A stretch of DNA of 64,000 nucleotides from Candidatus Cloacimonadales bacterium (GTDB lineage: Bacteria > Cloacimonadota > Cloacimonadia > Cloacimonadales > JAIOQZ01), in contig CAXXTU010000002.1 in the NCBI GenBank assembly GCA_963662655.2, positions 1,984,001 through 2,048,000 on the forward strand, read 5' to 3'. Below the pieces are notes generated by a model. The model did no database searches, had not been told where the DNA came from, and was given only the letters and a program-made list of their open reading frames with translations. A program made the position numbers and the translations under genes. Positions 52,116 through 61,183 of the stretch are shown here, one piece after another. Positions within the stretch are counted from its first letter, which is position 1, and every line of letters begins with the position of its first letter.

Positions 52116-53480
52116 TCAGTACCCCAGTTTGTACATGTTCTTGGGCGCCAGAAGGTCTTTCAGTTCCTCCATCGGGATGCTTTCGCTTTCGCTGATATGC
52201 TGAAGCACGGATACGCCCTTCTCCGCGGCCTCCTTGATCAGCGTTTCAACCTTGTGATAACCGAGTCGCGGAACCAGCACCGTCGCGATCAGCGGACTGC
52301 GCATCAGGTTGTCGCGGCACGATTTCTCATTGGCCTCGATGCCTTCCACACAACGTTCGCGGAAGATTTTCGATGCGTTCTGCAGGATTTCCAGCGACTC
52401 CATCATGGTGTAGGCGATCAGCGGGTAGAACTGGTTCAGCTCGAGCTGCCCGAGGCTGGTCGCGTGCGTGACGAGTGAGTCATTGGCCATAATCTTCAGT
52501 GCCGCTTGCGACACCGCCTCCGGGATTACCGGATTGACCTTCCCGGGCATGATGCTGCTCCCCGCCTGCATGGGAGGGAGCGTGATCTCGGAGAGTCCGC
52601 CGTGCGGTCCGCTGGCGAGAAGCCGTAGGTCCGAAGCGATCTTGAAGAGGTTCACTGCGTATGCCTTGAGAATGCCCGAGACCTCGGCGATGGCGTCGAG
52701 GTTCTGCGTGGCATCGACGAGGTTCTCGCCGCGCGCGATGTTCAGACCGGTGATGCGGCGCAGCACATCGGTCGTCTTGAAGATGTAGTTGCGCGGCGCA
52801 CCAAGACCGGTTCCGATGGCGGTTCCGCCGAGGTTGATCACCTTGATCCGCTCGCGGCATTTGAAGATACGCCATCTGTCGCGCGCGATGGCTTCCGCGT
52901 ATGCGCCGAACTCCTGCCCGAGCGTCATGGGGACCGCGTCCTGAAGCTGCGTCCTGCCCAGCTTAACCACGTCGTGGAAATGCTGCTCTTTCGCCTGAAA
53001 CGCATCCTGCAATTTCGCCACGTCGTTTTCCAGCGCGCGGAGTTGCTTGAGAAGCGTCACCACCACCGCGGTGGGGTAGACATCGTTGGTCGACTGGTGC
53101 ATATTCACATCGTGCAGCGGATGGATGTCGTCTCCGGCAAGCCGCGCGATCACCTCGTTCATGTTCATGTTGGTCGATGTGCCGGCGCCGCCCTGCAGGG
53201 CGTCGAGCGTGAACTGCTCGAGGTGCTTTCCGTCCGCGATTTCGCGACACGCGCTCTGGATCGCCATACCTTTTTGCTTATCCAGGTATTCCAACTCTGT
53301 ATTGGAGATGGCGCACGCCAGCTTCACTTCTGCCAGCGACCTGATGAAGAGCGGATGGCTCCGCAGTCCCGATATCGGGAAGTTCTCGTGCGCACGGGCG
53401 GTGTGGACGCCATACAGCTTGTCCGAAGGGATCGGCATCTCGCCCAGCGCGTCGCGTTCTATACGATAATCGTTGGTCAA
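52116..53480 (-). CDS. aspA: Aspartate ammonia-lyase
   Basis: QGGAGTSTNMN, QSTNDVYPT, GRTQLQDA, GSSIMPGKVNP fumarase/aspartase signature; probable TTG start after GGAG. Confidence 0.9.
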   Translation of the reverse strand: MTNDYRIERDALGEMPIPSDKLYGVHTARAHENFPISGLRSHPLFIRSLAEVKLACAISNTELEYLDKQKGMAIQSACREIADGKHLEQFTLDALQGGAGTSTNMNMNEVIARLAGDDIHPLHDVNMHQSTNDVYPTAVVVTLLKQLRALENDVAKLQDAFQAKEQHFHDVVKLGRTQLQDAVPMTLGQEFGAYAEAIARDRWRIFKCRERIKVINLGGTAIGTGLGAPRNYIFKTTDVLRRITGLNIARGENLVDATQNLDAIAEVSGILKAYAVNLFKIASDLRLLASGPHGGLSEITLPPMQAGSSIMPGKVNPVIPEAVSQAALKIMANDSLVTHATSLGQLELNQFYPLIAYTMMESLEILQNASKIFRERCVEGIEANEKSCRDNLMRSPLIATVLVPRLGYHKVETLIKEAAEKGVSVLQHISESESIPMEELKDLLAPKNMYKLGY

Positions 53481-53493
53481 AAGCCGCTCCCGA

Positions 53494-54900
53494 TTAGAAG
53501 TAGAGGTCGCGTTCACCGTCGCGGACGCGTCCCATGCGTTTGAGAATCTCAGCCTTCGTACCTTCGTCGGCAACCTTGGTCAGTTCGTCGTCCAGAAGCG
53601 CCAGGCCAGCTTCCTTCGTTCCGCTCGAGGCGTAATCCTCGATGTATTCGAGGAACGTGAGGATGGCGTTCGGCGTGCAATAGCGTTTCACGAAGCCCGG
53701 AATGGCGAATTCCATGAAGTGTTCGCCGGTTCTGCCAAGTCGATAACACGCGGTGCAGAAAGACGGGATGTATCCGCTATGAGCGAGCTCGCCGATCACT
53801 TCGTCCAGCGAACGGTTGTCCATCAGGGCAAACTGGCTCTTGCGGAACGATCCGGCGTCCTTGGCGGCGTAGTCGCCGATGCCGATACTGGAACCGGCGT
53901 CGATCTGCGAGACGCCGTAGCGCAGCACCTCGTTGCGAATCTCGATCGGCTCACGCGCGGTGAGGATCATGCCGGTGTATGGCACCGCCAGCCGGATGAT
54001 GGCGACAAGCTTCTTGAAAGCGGCGTCGGACACGGCGTTGGGCGGCGCTTTGGTGAAATCGGTGTTGTTGGCCAGCTCGATGCGCGGGAAGGAGATGGTA
54101 TGCGGCCCGATGTTGAAGCGATCTTCGAGATGAATCGTGTGATAGAGCAGTCCCATGACCTCGAACCGCCAGTCGTAGAGCCCCATGAGCGCGCCGATGC
54201 CGAGGTCGTCGATACCGCCTTCCATGGCGCGATCAAGTCCGTAGAGCCGCCACAGGAAATCGCTCTTGGGGCCGCTCGGGTGCATCTTCTGATAGGTGGG
54301 AAGGTGGTAGGTTTCCTGGAAAATCTGGTAGGTGCCGATCCCGGCCTCTTTCACGAGCTTGTAGCCTTCCACATCCAGAGGAGCCGCATTGATATTCACG
54401 CGCCGGATCTCGCCCTTGCCCTCTTTGGTCGCGTAGACCTTCTTCACGGTGTCGTGGATGAACTGCGCGTCGTAGCGCGGGTGCTCGCCGTAAACAAGGA
54501 TCAGTCGCTTGTGGCCCTTGGTGACCAGCGAACGTACCTCGGCTTCGAGCTGCTGCATGGTGAGCGTGTTGCGGTCGGCTTCGGTGTTGGAGACGCGGAA
54601 GCCGCAGTAGACGCAGTCGTTGATGCAGTCGTTGCCGATATACAGTGGCGCGAAGAGCACGATGCGATTACCGTAGATGCGCTCCTTCAGTTCGTGCGCT
54701 CCCTCCTGAATCTCGTGAATCAAATCCTGATCCTCCGCGCCGATAAGGCAGGCGACCTCGTCCGGATCGAGACGGTTCTTGTCGAGCGACTTCTGGATGA
54801 TATCTCTCACGCGGATGCGATCGGGATTGCGGTATTCTTCAAGTAACGATTCGATCTTCCCGGTTGGGATAAACGATTCGGGTTGCGGTGTGATTTTCAT
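53494..54900 (-). CDS. hydG: [FeFe]-hydrogenase maturation radical SAM HydG
   Basis: FAPLYIGNDCINDCVYCGF, FQETYH, PHTISFPR, C-terminal CTACYR...C auxiliary cluster motif. Confidence 0.96.
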   Translation of the reverse strand: MKITPQPESFIPTGKIESLLEEYRNPDRIRVRDIIQKSLDKNRLDPDEVACLIGAEDQDLIHEIQEGAHELKERIYGNRIVLFAPLYIGNDCINDCVYCGFRVSNTEADRNTLTMQQLEAEVRSLVTKGHKRLILVYGEHPRYDAQFIHDTVKKVYATKEGKGEIRRVNINAAPLDVEGYKLVKEAGIGTYQIFQETYHLPTYQKMHPSGPKSDFLWRLYGLDRAMEGGIDDLGIGALMGLYDWRFEVMGLLYHTIHLEDRFNIGPHTISFPRIELANNTDFTKAPPNAVSDAAFKKLVAIIRLAVPYTGMILTAREPIEIRNEVLRYGVSQIDAGSSIGIGDYAAKDAGSFRKSQFALMDNRSLDEVIGELAHSGYIPSFCTACYRLGRTGEHFMEFAIPGFVKRYCTPNAILTFLEYIEDYASSGTKEAGLALLDDELTKVADEGTKAEILKRMGRVRDGERDLYF

Positions 54901-54925
54901 CGATTCTCCTTTATCTCTTTTAATA

Positions 54926-55174
54926 TTATACTTTCAAGGTGTTCGCTTTGGCGGTCACAGAGGGTATCTGCCCCAGCTTGCCCGTTAACGCGCCCAGCTC
55001 GTCGGTGGTCATTTCCGTTACGAGAAAGATGACGGCGCAGTTCTTCTCGGGCATGGGGTATCCAACCCTCAGGTGGATGTATTTGGCGTAACTGTGTAAT
55101 AGTTCACTTACGGATTGGAAAGCTTTTTCGCGATCGTATACGGTAATTGAAATCAAGTGGTTTCGTTTTTGCAT
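54926..55174 (-). CDS. TM1266-family iron-only hydrogenase system putative regulator (ACT-like)
   Basis: 82 aa, V.ELLH.Y...I..R.G.P, LGALTGKLGQI; position upstream of hydG. Confidence 0.88.
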   Translation of the reverse strand: MQKRNHLISITVYDREKAFQSVSELLHSYAKYIHLRVGYPMPEKNCAVIFLVTEMTTDELGALTGKLGQIPSVTAKANTLKV

Positions 55175-55270
55175 TTAACCTCCATCAGGATGGAGGTATG
55201 ACGTTGACGTCTGCCGCCATCCCCTTAATGTCAGATTCCTTCCTTCATCGCAGGAATGGATGTGCGATTT
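55175..55270 (-). promoter_or_regulatory. Structured 5' leader of the hyd maturation operon (riboswitch-like candidate)
   Basis: ACCUCCAU-CCUG-AUGGAGGU hairpin sequesters GGAGG; upstream GGAUGG can pair with either 5' CAUCC or the hairpin's CCAUCC. Confidence 0.55.
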
Positions 55271-55275
55271 GTATT

Positions 55276-55303
55276 AAGATAAGACACGGGCCAAATTTGT
55301 CAA
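55276..55303 (-). promoter_or_regulatory. Sigma-70-type promoter of the hyd maturation operon
   Basis: TTGACA-16 nt-TATCTT. Confidence 0.6.
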
Positions 55304-55325
55304 ATGAAAAACAGAGGAGACAGAT

Positions 55326-55586
55326 ATGCGAGAGGTCGTTTTGTCCCTTCCAAAAATGGAAGGGGAACACAATCTTGAGATCGAGGTTCGTATCAACGGA
55401 AAAACCGAAAAACTGCACTATCGGGTCGAACTTGTCCAATGGGAAGAAGATACGCCTACTACCCCCGATAAGATCATGACGCTGAGACACAAGATTCAAG
55501 AATACGATAGAGACTGGAAACTCATTCAAATCGGGATTCCCGAAAAAGATAAAATCCCGCTGGTTTTTAGGAAGGTGAAGGAGTGA
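55326..55586 (+). CDS. Small hypothetical protein (86 aa)
   Basis: GAGGAG RBS, plausible composition, followed by a terminator. Confidence 0.75.
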   Translation: MREVVLSLPKMEGEHNLEIEVRINGKTEKLHYRVELVQWEEDTPTTPDKIMTLRHKIQEYDRDWKLIQIGIPEKDKIPLVFRKVKE

Positions 55587-55617
55587 AAACTCTTTCTACC
55601 GAGCGTCTACCCACGCA

Positions 55618-55650
55618 CGGCTCCCGGGGTTCTACTCGGGAGCCGCTTTC
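55618..55650 (+). terminator. Intrinsic terminator
   Basis: CGGCTCCCGGG-GTTCTA-CTCGGGAGCCG then CTTTCTATT. Confidence 0.7.
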
Positions 55651-55666
55651 TATTACAACACCGCGA

Positions 55667-55792
55667 GCCGTGAGAAGATTCCCCCGATCTACCTTTTCAC
55701 CGTGGTGTTCCACTTCATTTTTTTACGCTCGATAGTCCCAATGATGTGGTATATCCACGTTGAAAAGGTAGATCGGGCGAAGATTCCACGGC
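55667..55792 (+). ncRNA. Structured ~126-nt hairpin element, copy 2 (candidate ncRNA or folded-DNA repeat)
   Basis: 17-bp stem CCCGATCTACCTTTTCA/TGAAAAGGTAGATCGGG; shares GTGGTGTTYCAC, TTACGCTC, GTGGTATATCCAC and GCGAAGAT with copy 1. Confidence 0.6.
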
Positions 55793-55883
55793 GATCGAAC
55801 AGCTATCACATCAACAAGAAAAGCCAATTTTCCCCTCTCGCTGCTTGTTCGGAATCGAATGATTTCTGTTCAGTATTGGACGC

Positions 55884-56111
55884 TCATTTCTTCGGCTTGG
55901 AATACGAGGGAATCTCATCGGCCAGAAATTCATCCACCCCCTTCCGCTTCATCTTTTGTAGATTCTTAAGATGAGCATCGCCATGCCCCACCAGCAGGAA
56001 ATCCATCTTCGAGCATTCATTGAAATCCTCGCACTCCCAGTAACCCTCATAGCCTTTCTTCTCGACACAGTACAATCAACATGGAGCAATTGGTTTTCTT
56101 GAATCACTCAT
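55884..56111 (-). pseudogene. DUF3795-like Cys-rich protein remnant
   Basis: MSDSRKPIAPC*LYC (APCGLYC-type motif with TGA at the Gly position) joined directly to the C-terminal part CVEKKGYEGYWECEDF...HGDAHLKNL. Confidence 0.65.
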
Positions 56112-56253
56112 TCTTACGCCTCAATAAGCCCGAATAACGGTTTTGTAATGGTTCTTGACAAGATAATCGTTCTCGTGTATTTGGAATTTACCATGCATTC
56201 CACCATGTGAGAATTTTTAAAAAACCCGTATTGACCATCAACCGGAAACAAAG

Positions 56254-58428
56254 GTGGATTCATTGAAAAAGTTATTGGTAATTGCTTTGTTTATTTTATC
56301 CCTTTGCGCTCTGATTGCGAAAGTCGAAATCCCCATCACCAGGGTGGATCGGCCTATGGTTATCGATGGCTCGGAAAGCGACTGGCGGAACATTGAACCT
56401 CTTCCGCAGCCGACGACCTACACACCCGTCGAAGGGAAAGAACCTCAATTCGCGACCGATACCCGTATCGCGTACGACAAGGACTATTTCTACATCATCT
56501 TCATCGCGCAAATCGATGATCCCGACGATCTGCTGGCCACGGTCGCAACGAGGGAGAATTGGAACAACAACGAGCAGGTTGTCTTCGCGCTGGATGTGTT
56601 CAATTCAGATCGCGGCGCATACCTCTTCAACTTCAATCCCTATGCGAATCCCAAGGACTGGATTTCATCGGCTTCAGGAACCTCTGATCAGAACTGGGAC
56701 ATTCCTCTGAAATCGAAGTCGCAGATTCATCAAGATCGATTTGTGGTCGAAGCGGCGATACCCTTCGCATCTCTCCCGTTTGACGACAGCCAGGACGAGC
56801 AACGTTGGGGATTTTACTACTTCCGGCTGGATAAGAAGCACAACGAGCAATCGGTCTATCCTCCCAGGACATCCAAGTTGCAGAACATCTACGCCCAATC
56901 GGGCGTTCTCAAGGGACTGCAGGGCATCAAATCGGGACAGCAGCTCGAACTGCTCCCCTACGTGTTCTCGTCGTACATTCACAACGAGAAGGACTGGGAA
57001 TACGACGGCGGTATCGACGCCTCTTATTCACTGGATTCCCACATGACGCTTTCCGCCACAATAAATCCCGATTACTCCCAAATCGAAGCCGATCCGATGA
57101 ACATCGACATCAACCAGCGGGATCCACAATGGCTGGAAGAAAAGCGTCCCTTCTTCACCCGGGGAATGGACTTCTTCTACACGGATATCTTCAGCCTCGT
57201 CTACACCCGTAACATCGAAAACCCCATCGCAGGCTTTAAACTGAGCGGTAAATACCCATCCGCGTCCATCGGGTTCGTCTCCGCGTACGACGAAGGGAAG
57301 CACGGCGAGAAAAAGGACGTCTACAACCTCTTCCGATACAGGAAAGACATCCTCGAAGAATCGACCGTCGGCGTTTTAATCACCGACCGCGAGGATATGG
57401 CCTCATCCGGCTTCAATCGAGTCGGTGCCGTGGACGGGTTCTTCTCACTTCCGATGAACATCCGCATCAAGACCCAAACAGCGTATAGCCAGGACAGCCT
57501 GACCGCCGTTCCGTACTACATGGATCGTGACGGATTCGAAACCGGCTGGGCGCATCATACCAAACTGGAGTACACCAGCGAGCACAACGGTGGCGATGTC
57601 TTTTTCGAGGTTATCGAGAAAAACTTTGAGCCCGGCTCGGGATACATGAGCTACTACGATAAAAACATGTACATGTTGGGCGCATACTGCAGAAACGATA
57701 TCCTGGATGCCAACACGCTCTGGGAAGAAGTGACGCTGAATTATGGCATCAAGAACAAGTATGACCTTGAGAACAATCCCACCAATCAATACGCATGGTC
57801 GAGCCTCTACTTCGAATGGAAGAACGTTGCGAACTCCGAGATTACGATCGACGTCAACAACGAAACCGACGATTACTACGATGAAAACGGCGACTTCCAA
57901 TCCAGTGAATTCAGTACCGTCCGCTACTCGTTCTCGAACTGGAAGATGTTCTCCGGTTCCTTCAACGCGTGGCTCAACGGCTCGTTCGGAACATCGCCGT
58001 ATTTCGGGTCTGCCTGCAATCCTGCATTCAAAGGTTGGTCCTATTATGCCGAATTCGGCTTCAGTCTCGATCTATTCGACCGCTTAGCTATCAGGCCCAG
58101 CATCCAATACACCGATTTCTACATGGATACGATGGATCAACGGGTGTACCAGTGGTACAAGCTGTACAACAAAATTACCTTCTTGCTCTCGCAAGACCTC
58201 TACATTCGCAACATCACGCAAGGCATATATCAGGAAGAATACTACCCGTGGTCGGATGCATCGCCGGAGCATTTCACAGCCTACTCCAACAGTTTGTTGT
58301 TGACCTGGGAGTACAGCCCCCTCAGTAATGTGTATGTCGGGGTGAATTTCGTAGATTTCGACCGCTGGGACAATGTCGCCGAAAATACCCAGATTTTCTT
58401 CAAAGGAAATTACCTGTGGTCGCTTTAA
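56254..58428 (+). CDS. Outer-membrane protein, CBM9-like N-terminus plus DUF5916-like region
   Basis: Signal peptide, IDG...DW, VEAAIPF, TINPDYSQIEAD, EKRPFF, YTRNI, aromatic beta-signal-like end KGNYLWSL. Confidence 0.8.
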   Translation: MDSLKKLLVIALFILSLCALIAKVEIPITRVDRPMVIDGSESDWRNIEPLPQPTTYTPVEGKEPQFATDTRIAYDKDYFYIIFIAQIDDPDDLLATVATRENWNNNEQVVFALDVFNSDRGAYLFNFNPYANPKDWISSASGTSDQNWDIPLKSKSQIHQDRFVVEAAIPFASLPFDDSQDEQRWGFYYFRLDKKHNEQSVYPPRTSKLQNIYAQSGVLKGLQGIKSGQQLELLPYVFSSYIHNEKDWEYDGGIDASYSLDSHMTLSATINPDYSQIEADPMNIDINQRDPQWLEEKRPFFTRGMDFFYTDIFSLVYTRNIENPIAGFKLSGKYPSASIGFVSAYDEGKHGEKKDVYNLFRYRKDILEESTVGVLITDREDMASSGFNRVGAVDGFFSLPMNIRIKTQTAYSQDSLTAVPYYMDRDGFETGWAHHTKLEYTSEHNGGDVFFEVIEKNFEPGSGYMSYYDKNMYMLGAYCRNDILDANTLWEEVTLNYGIKNKYDLENNPTNQYAWSSLYFEWKNVANSEITIDVNNETDDYYDENGDFQSSEFSTVRYSFSNWKMFSGSFNAWLNGSFGTSPYFGSACNPAFKGWSYYAEFGFSLDLFDRLAIRPSIQYTDFYMDTMDQRVYQWYKLYNKITFLLSQDLYIRNITQGIYQEEYYPWSDASPEHFTAYSNSLLLTWEYSPLSNVYVGVNFVDFDRWDNVAENTQIFFKGNYLWSL

Positions 58429-58469
58429 TGTCTGTACATTGTGAATAAGTAGTTGTATAGAAAACGATT

Positions 58470-58510
58470 GCACCCGATTTCGCCTTAAGCGAGATCGGGT
58501 GTTTCATTTT
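58470..58510. terminator. Terminator between convergent genes
   Basis: CACCCGATTTCGC-CTTAA-GCGAGATCGGGTG followed by TTTCATTTT. Confidence 0.8.
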
Positions 58511-59313
58511 TACAGATACTGTAATGGTTCTTCCCCGTCAACACCTGCCAGTAATTCGATGTACGGTTTCACGGGGCTCGACGCGATCTTGGTGAACAGG
58601 ACTTCCTCCACCTGGAAGAATCCAACCGATTGCGTCATCTTCACCATGATGCGGATGGGCTTTTCCTCCCCTTTGGAGATAATCACTTTATGGATCTCTC
58701 CCGCAGAATAACGGTGGATATCCCCTACGCGCGGATCGTTGCGAATCAATTGCGGAATTCTCGCTCTCCCCTTTTCCATGTCGCAACCGTCTCCGATCAG
58801 CACTAGTCCGGCCTCGAGCGTGTGGATCTTCTTGGTTGCCATGTGTCCTAGGATTCCCTCTGCAATCAGCGAACGCATGATAACGATCTTGTGTAAATCG
58901 TTCGGATAGATATCTTTGAGAATTCGTTCCGTGATGGGCATCGCCAGAACAACGCTCATCTGCTCATGAGAGTCACGAGCCACCGTCATACCGAAATCGT
59001 GGAACATGGAAGCCATCAACACCGCAATGCTGCTGTCTTCTACGGTACCGATACCTTCTTTTTCGAGATTGAATTGAATGCCGGCTTCATGGAGCAGGCT
59101 GAACATCTTCATCGCATTCAGCGCCGAAACCCGCATGTGTACGGGGCCGTGATCGTTGAATCCAAGCCGGCGAATGGACACGACATTCGCATAGTCGTGC
59201 ATCTCCTGAATCTCAGGATCGGCGAATATCATATTCGCCACGTCTCGCGCCTTCCCTTCCAATATTTTGAGCAGCTCTCGCTCTAGCGCGACTTGTTTTT
59301 GTGATTTTTTCAT
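58510..59313 (-). CDS. HD-superfamily metal-dependent phosphohydrolase
   Basis: RLGFNDHGPVH, FHDFG, RDSHE, GH, GDGCDM. Confidence 0.85.
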   Translation of the reverse strand: MKKSQKQVALERELLKILEGKARDVANMIFADPEIQEMHDYANVVSIRRLGFNDHGPVHMRVSALNAMKMFSLLHEAGIQFNLEKEGIGTVEDSSIAVLMASMFHDFGMTVARDSHEQMSVVLAMPITERILKDIYPNDLHKIVIMRSLIAEGILGHMATKKIHTLEAGLVLIGDGCDMEKGRARIPQLIRNDPRVGDIHRYSAGEIHKVIISKGEEKPIRIMVKMTQSVGFFQVEEVLFTKIASSPVKPYIELLAGVDGEEPLQYL

Positions 59314-59367
59314 CTTTTTTACCTCGTCGGATAAGTTACCCAAAGCGGTATTATACGTCAAATTAAA

Positions 59368-60564
59368 TCACAACTGCAAGGATTGATTCAACTGCCTGCG
59401 GATCAGCAAGCGGTTCAGCAGGATAACAAAAACGAGTAGCGCAGCCGCGGAATACCACGTCACATTCTGGATGCCCAACGATCCCGACATGCCGTATTTC
59501 ATCAGTAGTGTAGCGATGAAATCCTGTAACAGCATCATGGCTGCGAAGGAGATAACGAGCGTGAGTGCGAAAATGAGCGACAACCGGCGAAACAGCCAGC
59601 AGAAGATTTTCCCGTGCCGATAACCAAGCAGGAACAAGAGGCGGATGTCCTTCTCCGAGCGCTTCATGTACAGCCGGATGCTCAGCACGTACATACCGAT
59701 AGCCAGAAGCAATATCAGTCCACCCATGATACCGGTGAAGAGAAAGGCAAATCGAACGAACACCCGTATTTTCCCAGCTGGTGACGCTCCGGAGACAATC
59801 TCGAGATCCTTCTGCTCAAGAAACGCGTGAAGCTCTTTCGAATCGGGATTGGAGACTTCGAGAATCAGTTTGCGGATGTCTGTCCTGCTTCCCGGAGCAT
59901 AGGTGACGTTCGCCCACTGTAAGAAGCTCTCGGGGACTATGATCGATTGAATCCTGTTGGTGAATCCGCACACCTTCGCGCGGTAATCGACGGAGCCTTC
60001 GTCCGTATCGATCTGTATCCCGATAGGGAATTTCTTGATGGTTTCCGGCGTGATTCGCGGTAGTCCCCTCGCCGGGGCGAAGCCGAAATTGTACATCGTT
60101 AAAAAGTCGTTGGGGATGATGATCGGGATCGTTTTCGAATCCGTGTCCCACCGCCAGCTCTCGTCAGTCTGATCGAGGAAGCGGTCCGGCACCGATTCGA
60201 AGAACATCTCCGTGTAATAGTTGCCCATAACCGCGCCAAGCCGGACGTATGCGTTAAGCTCGAAGTGGTTCTTGCGGAATATCCCTACATCGCGAACAGA
60301 GGGGATATCAGCCAATTCGTGGATCGTCTCTTCGGTGATTTCGGCAACGCGGCGCGATTCGTCGATCTTACCCGCGATAAGAACGGTCTCATTGCGGTCC
60401 AGCGCGCTGTCGGATGCGAGGATGTCGCCGACGTCGAAGTAGAACTCCAGGGAAAGCAGCATCAAGAGCATCCCCAGGAACACACCTGCAACCACGCTGG
60501 CGAATTCCATTCCCCGGAAACCGGATGAAAGAATGCGGCTGAGCGGATCAGAGCGCCAGAACAT
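59368..60564 (-). CDS. ABC transporter permease (FtsX/MacB-like)
   Basis: One N-terminal TM, large periplasmic loop (FESVPD, YNFGFA), three C-terminal TMs. Confidence 0.8.
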   Translation of the reverse strand: MFWRSDPLSRILSSGFRGMEFASVVAGVFLGMLLMLLSLEFYFDVGDILASDSALDRNETVLIAGKIDESRRVAEITEETIHELADIPSVRDVGIFRKNHFELNAYVRLGAVMGNYYTEMFFESVPDRFLDQTDESWRWDTDSKTIPIIIPNDFLTMYNFGFAPARGLPRITPETIKKFPIGIQIDTDEGSVDYRAKVCGFTNRIQSIIVPESFLQWANVTYAPGSRTDIRKLILEVSNPDSKELHAFLEQKDLEIVSGASPAGKIRVFVRFAFLFTGIMGGLILLLAIGMYVLSIRLYMKRSEKDIRLLFLLGYRHGKIFCWLFRRLSLIFALTLVISFAAMMLLQDFIATLLMKYGMSGSLGIQNVTWYSAAALLVFVILLNRLLIRRQLNQSLQL

Positions 60565-61180
60565 GATCGAAGCACTCCTCATCGAGCCGCAGGAGGCCCG
60601 TCATGATGAATCCGGCCCTGCGCTCTTCGCACTGCTGTCTTATCAGTTGAAAAGCCGTATCGCCGTTCGCTTCGTCCAGGTGGCTCAACGGCTCGTCGAG
60701 CAGTAGCAGTGAAAACGGCTGGCACATTGCCCGGATAATTGCCAGACGTTGCCTCTCACCCAGGGAGAGGCTTCCGCATGGTCTGTCCATTCTCTCACGG
60801 ATTCCAAGCGTATCCGCCATCTCCAGCGCATCGCCGATATCCGAGCCGGTAAGATCGGCCTTGATGCGAATATTATCGAGCGCTGAGAGGTTCTCGAAAA
60901 GCTTCAAATCCTGGAAGACAATCGAAATCCGGTCACGTCTGATGTCGCTCCATTCCTTTTGGGTAAACGTTGCGACATCCCTTCCGTCATAAGCGATTCT
61001 ACCTGAGAAATCCCGGTGATTTCCGTAGAGGATATTGATCAGCGACGACTTCCCTTTACCCGAGACGCTGTAAACGTAAGCGTTCTGGCCGGACTCGATG
61101 GCTATATCGCGATCCCATACCTCGCTATCGCCGTTCGATTCGAGATAGCGAGGCAGGATCGACGCAAGATGCAGATTCAA
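60548..61180 (-). CDS. ABC transporter ATP-binding protein
   Basis: SGKGKS, VFQD Q-loop, LSLGERQR, LLLDEP. Confidence 0.9.
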   Translation of the reverse strand: MNLHLASILPRYLESNGDSEVWDRDIAIESGQNAYVYSVSGKGKSSLINILYGNHRDFSGRIAYDGRDVATFTQKEWSDIRRDRISIVFQDLKLFENLSALDNIRIKADLTGSDIGDALEMADTLGIRERMDRPCGSLSLGERQRLAIIRAMCQPFSLLLLDEPLSHLDEANGDTAFQLIRQQCEERRAGFIMTGLLRLDEECFDHVLAL

Positions 61181-61183
61181 ATG

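Noticed and set aside
56076..56078. TGA as selenocysteine or a reassigned Gly codon
   Set aside because: The position corresponds to Gly, not Cys; many genes here end in TGA; the gene has other lesions
58714..58725. GTGGATATCCCC as a third copy of the structured element
   Set aside because: It is a short partial match inside the HD gene with no flanking stems
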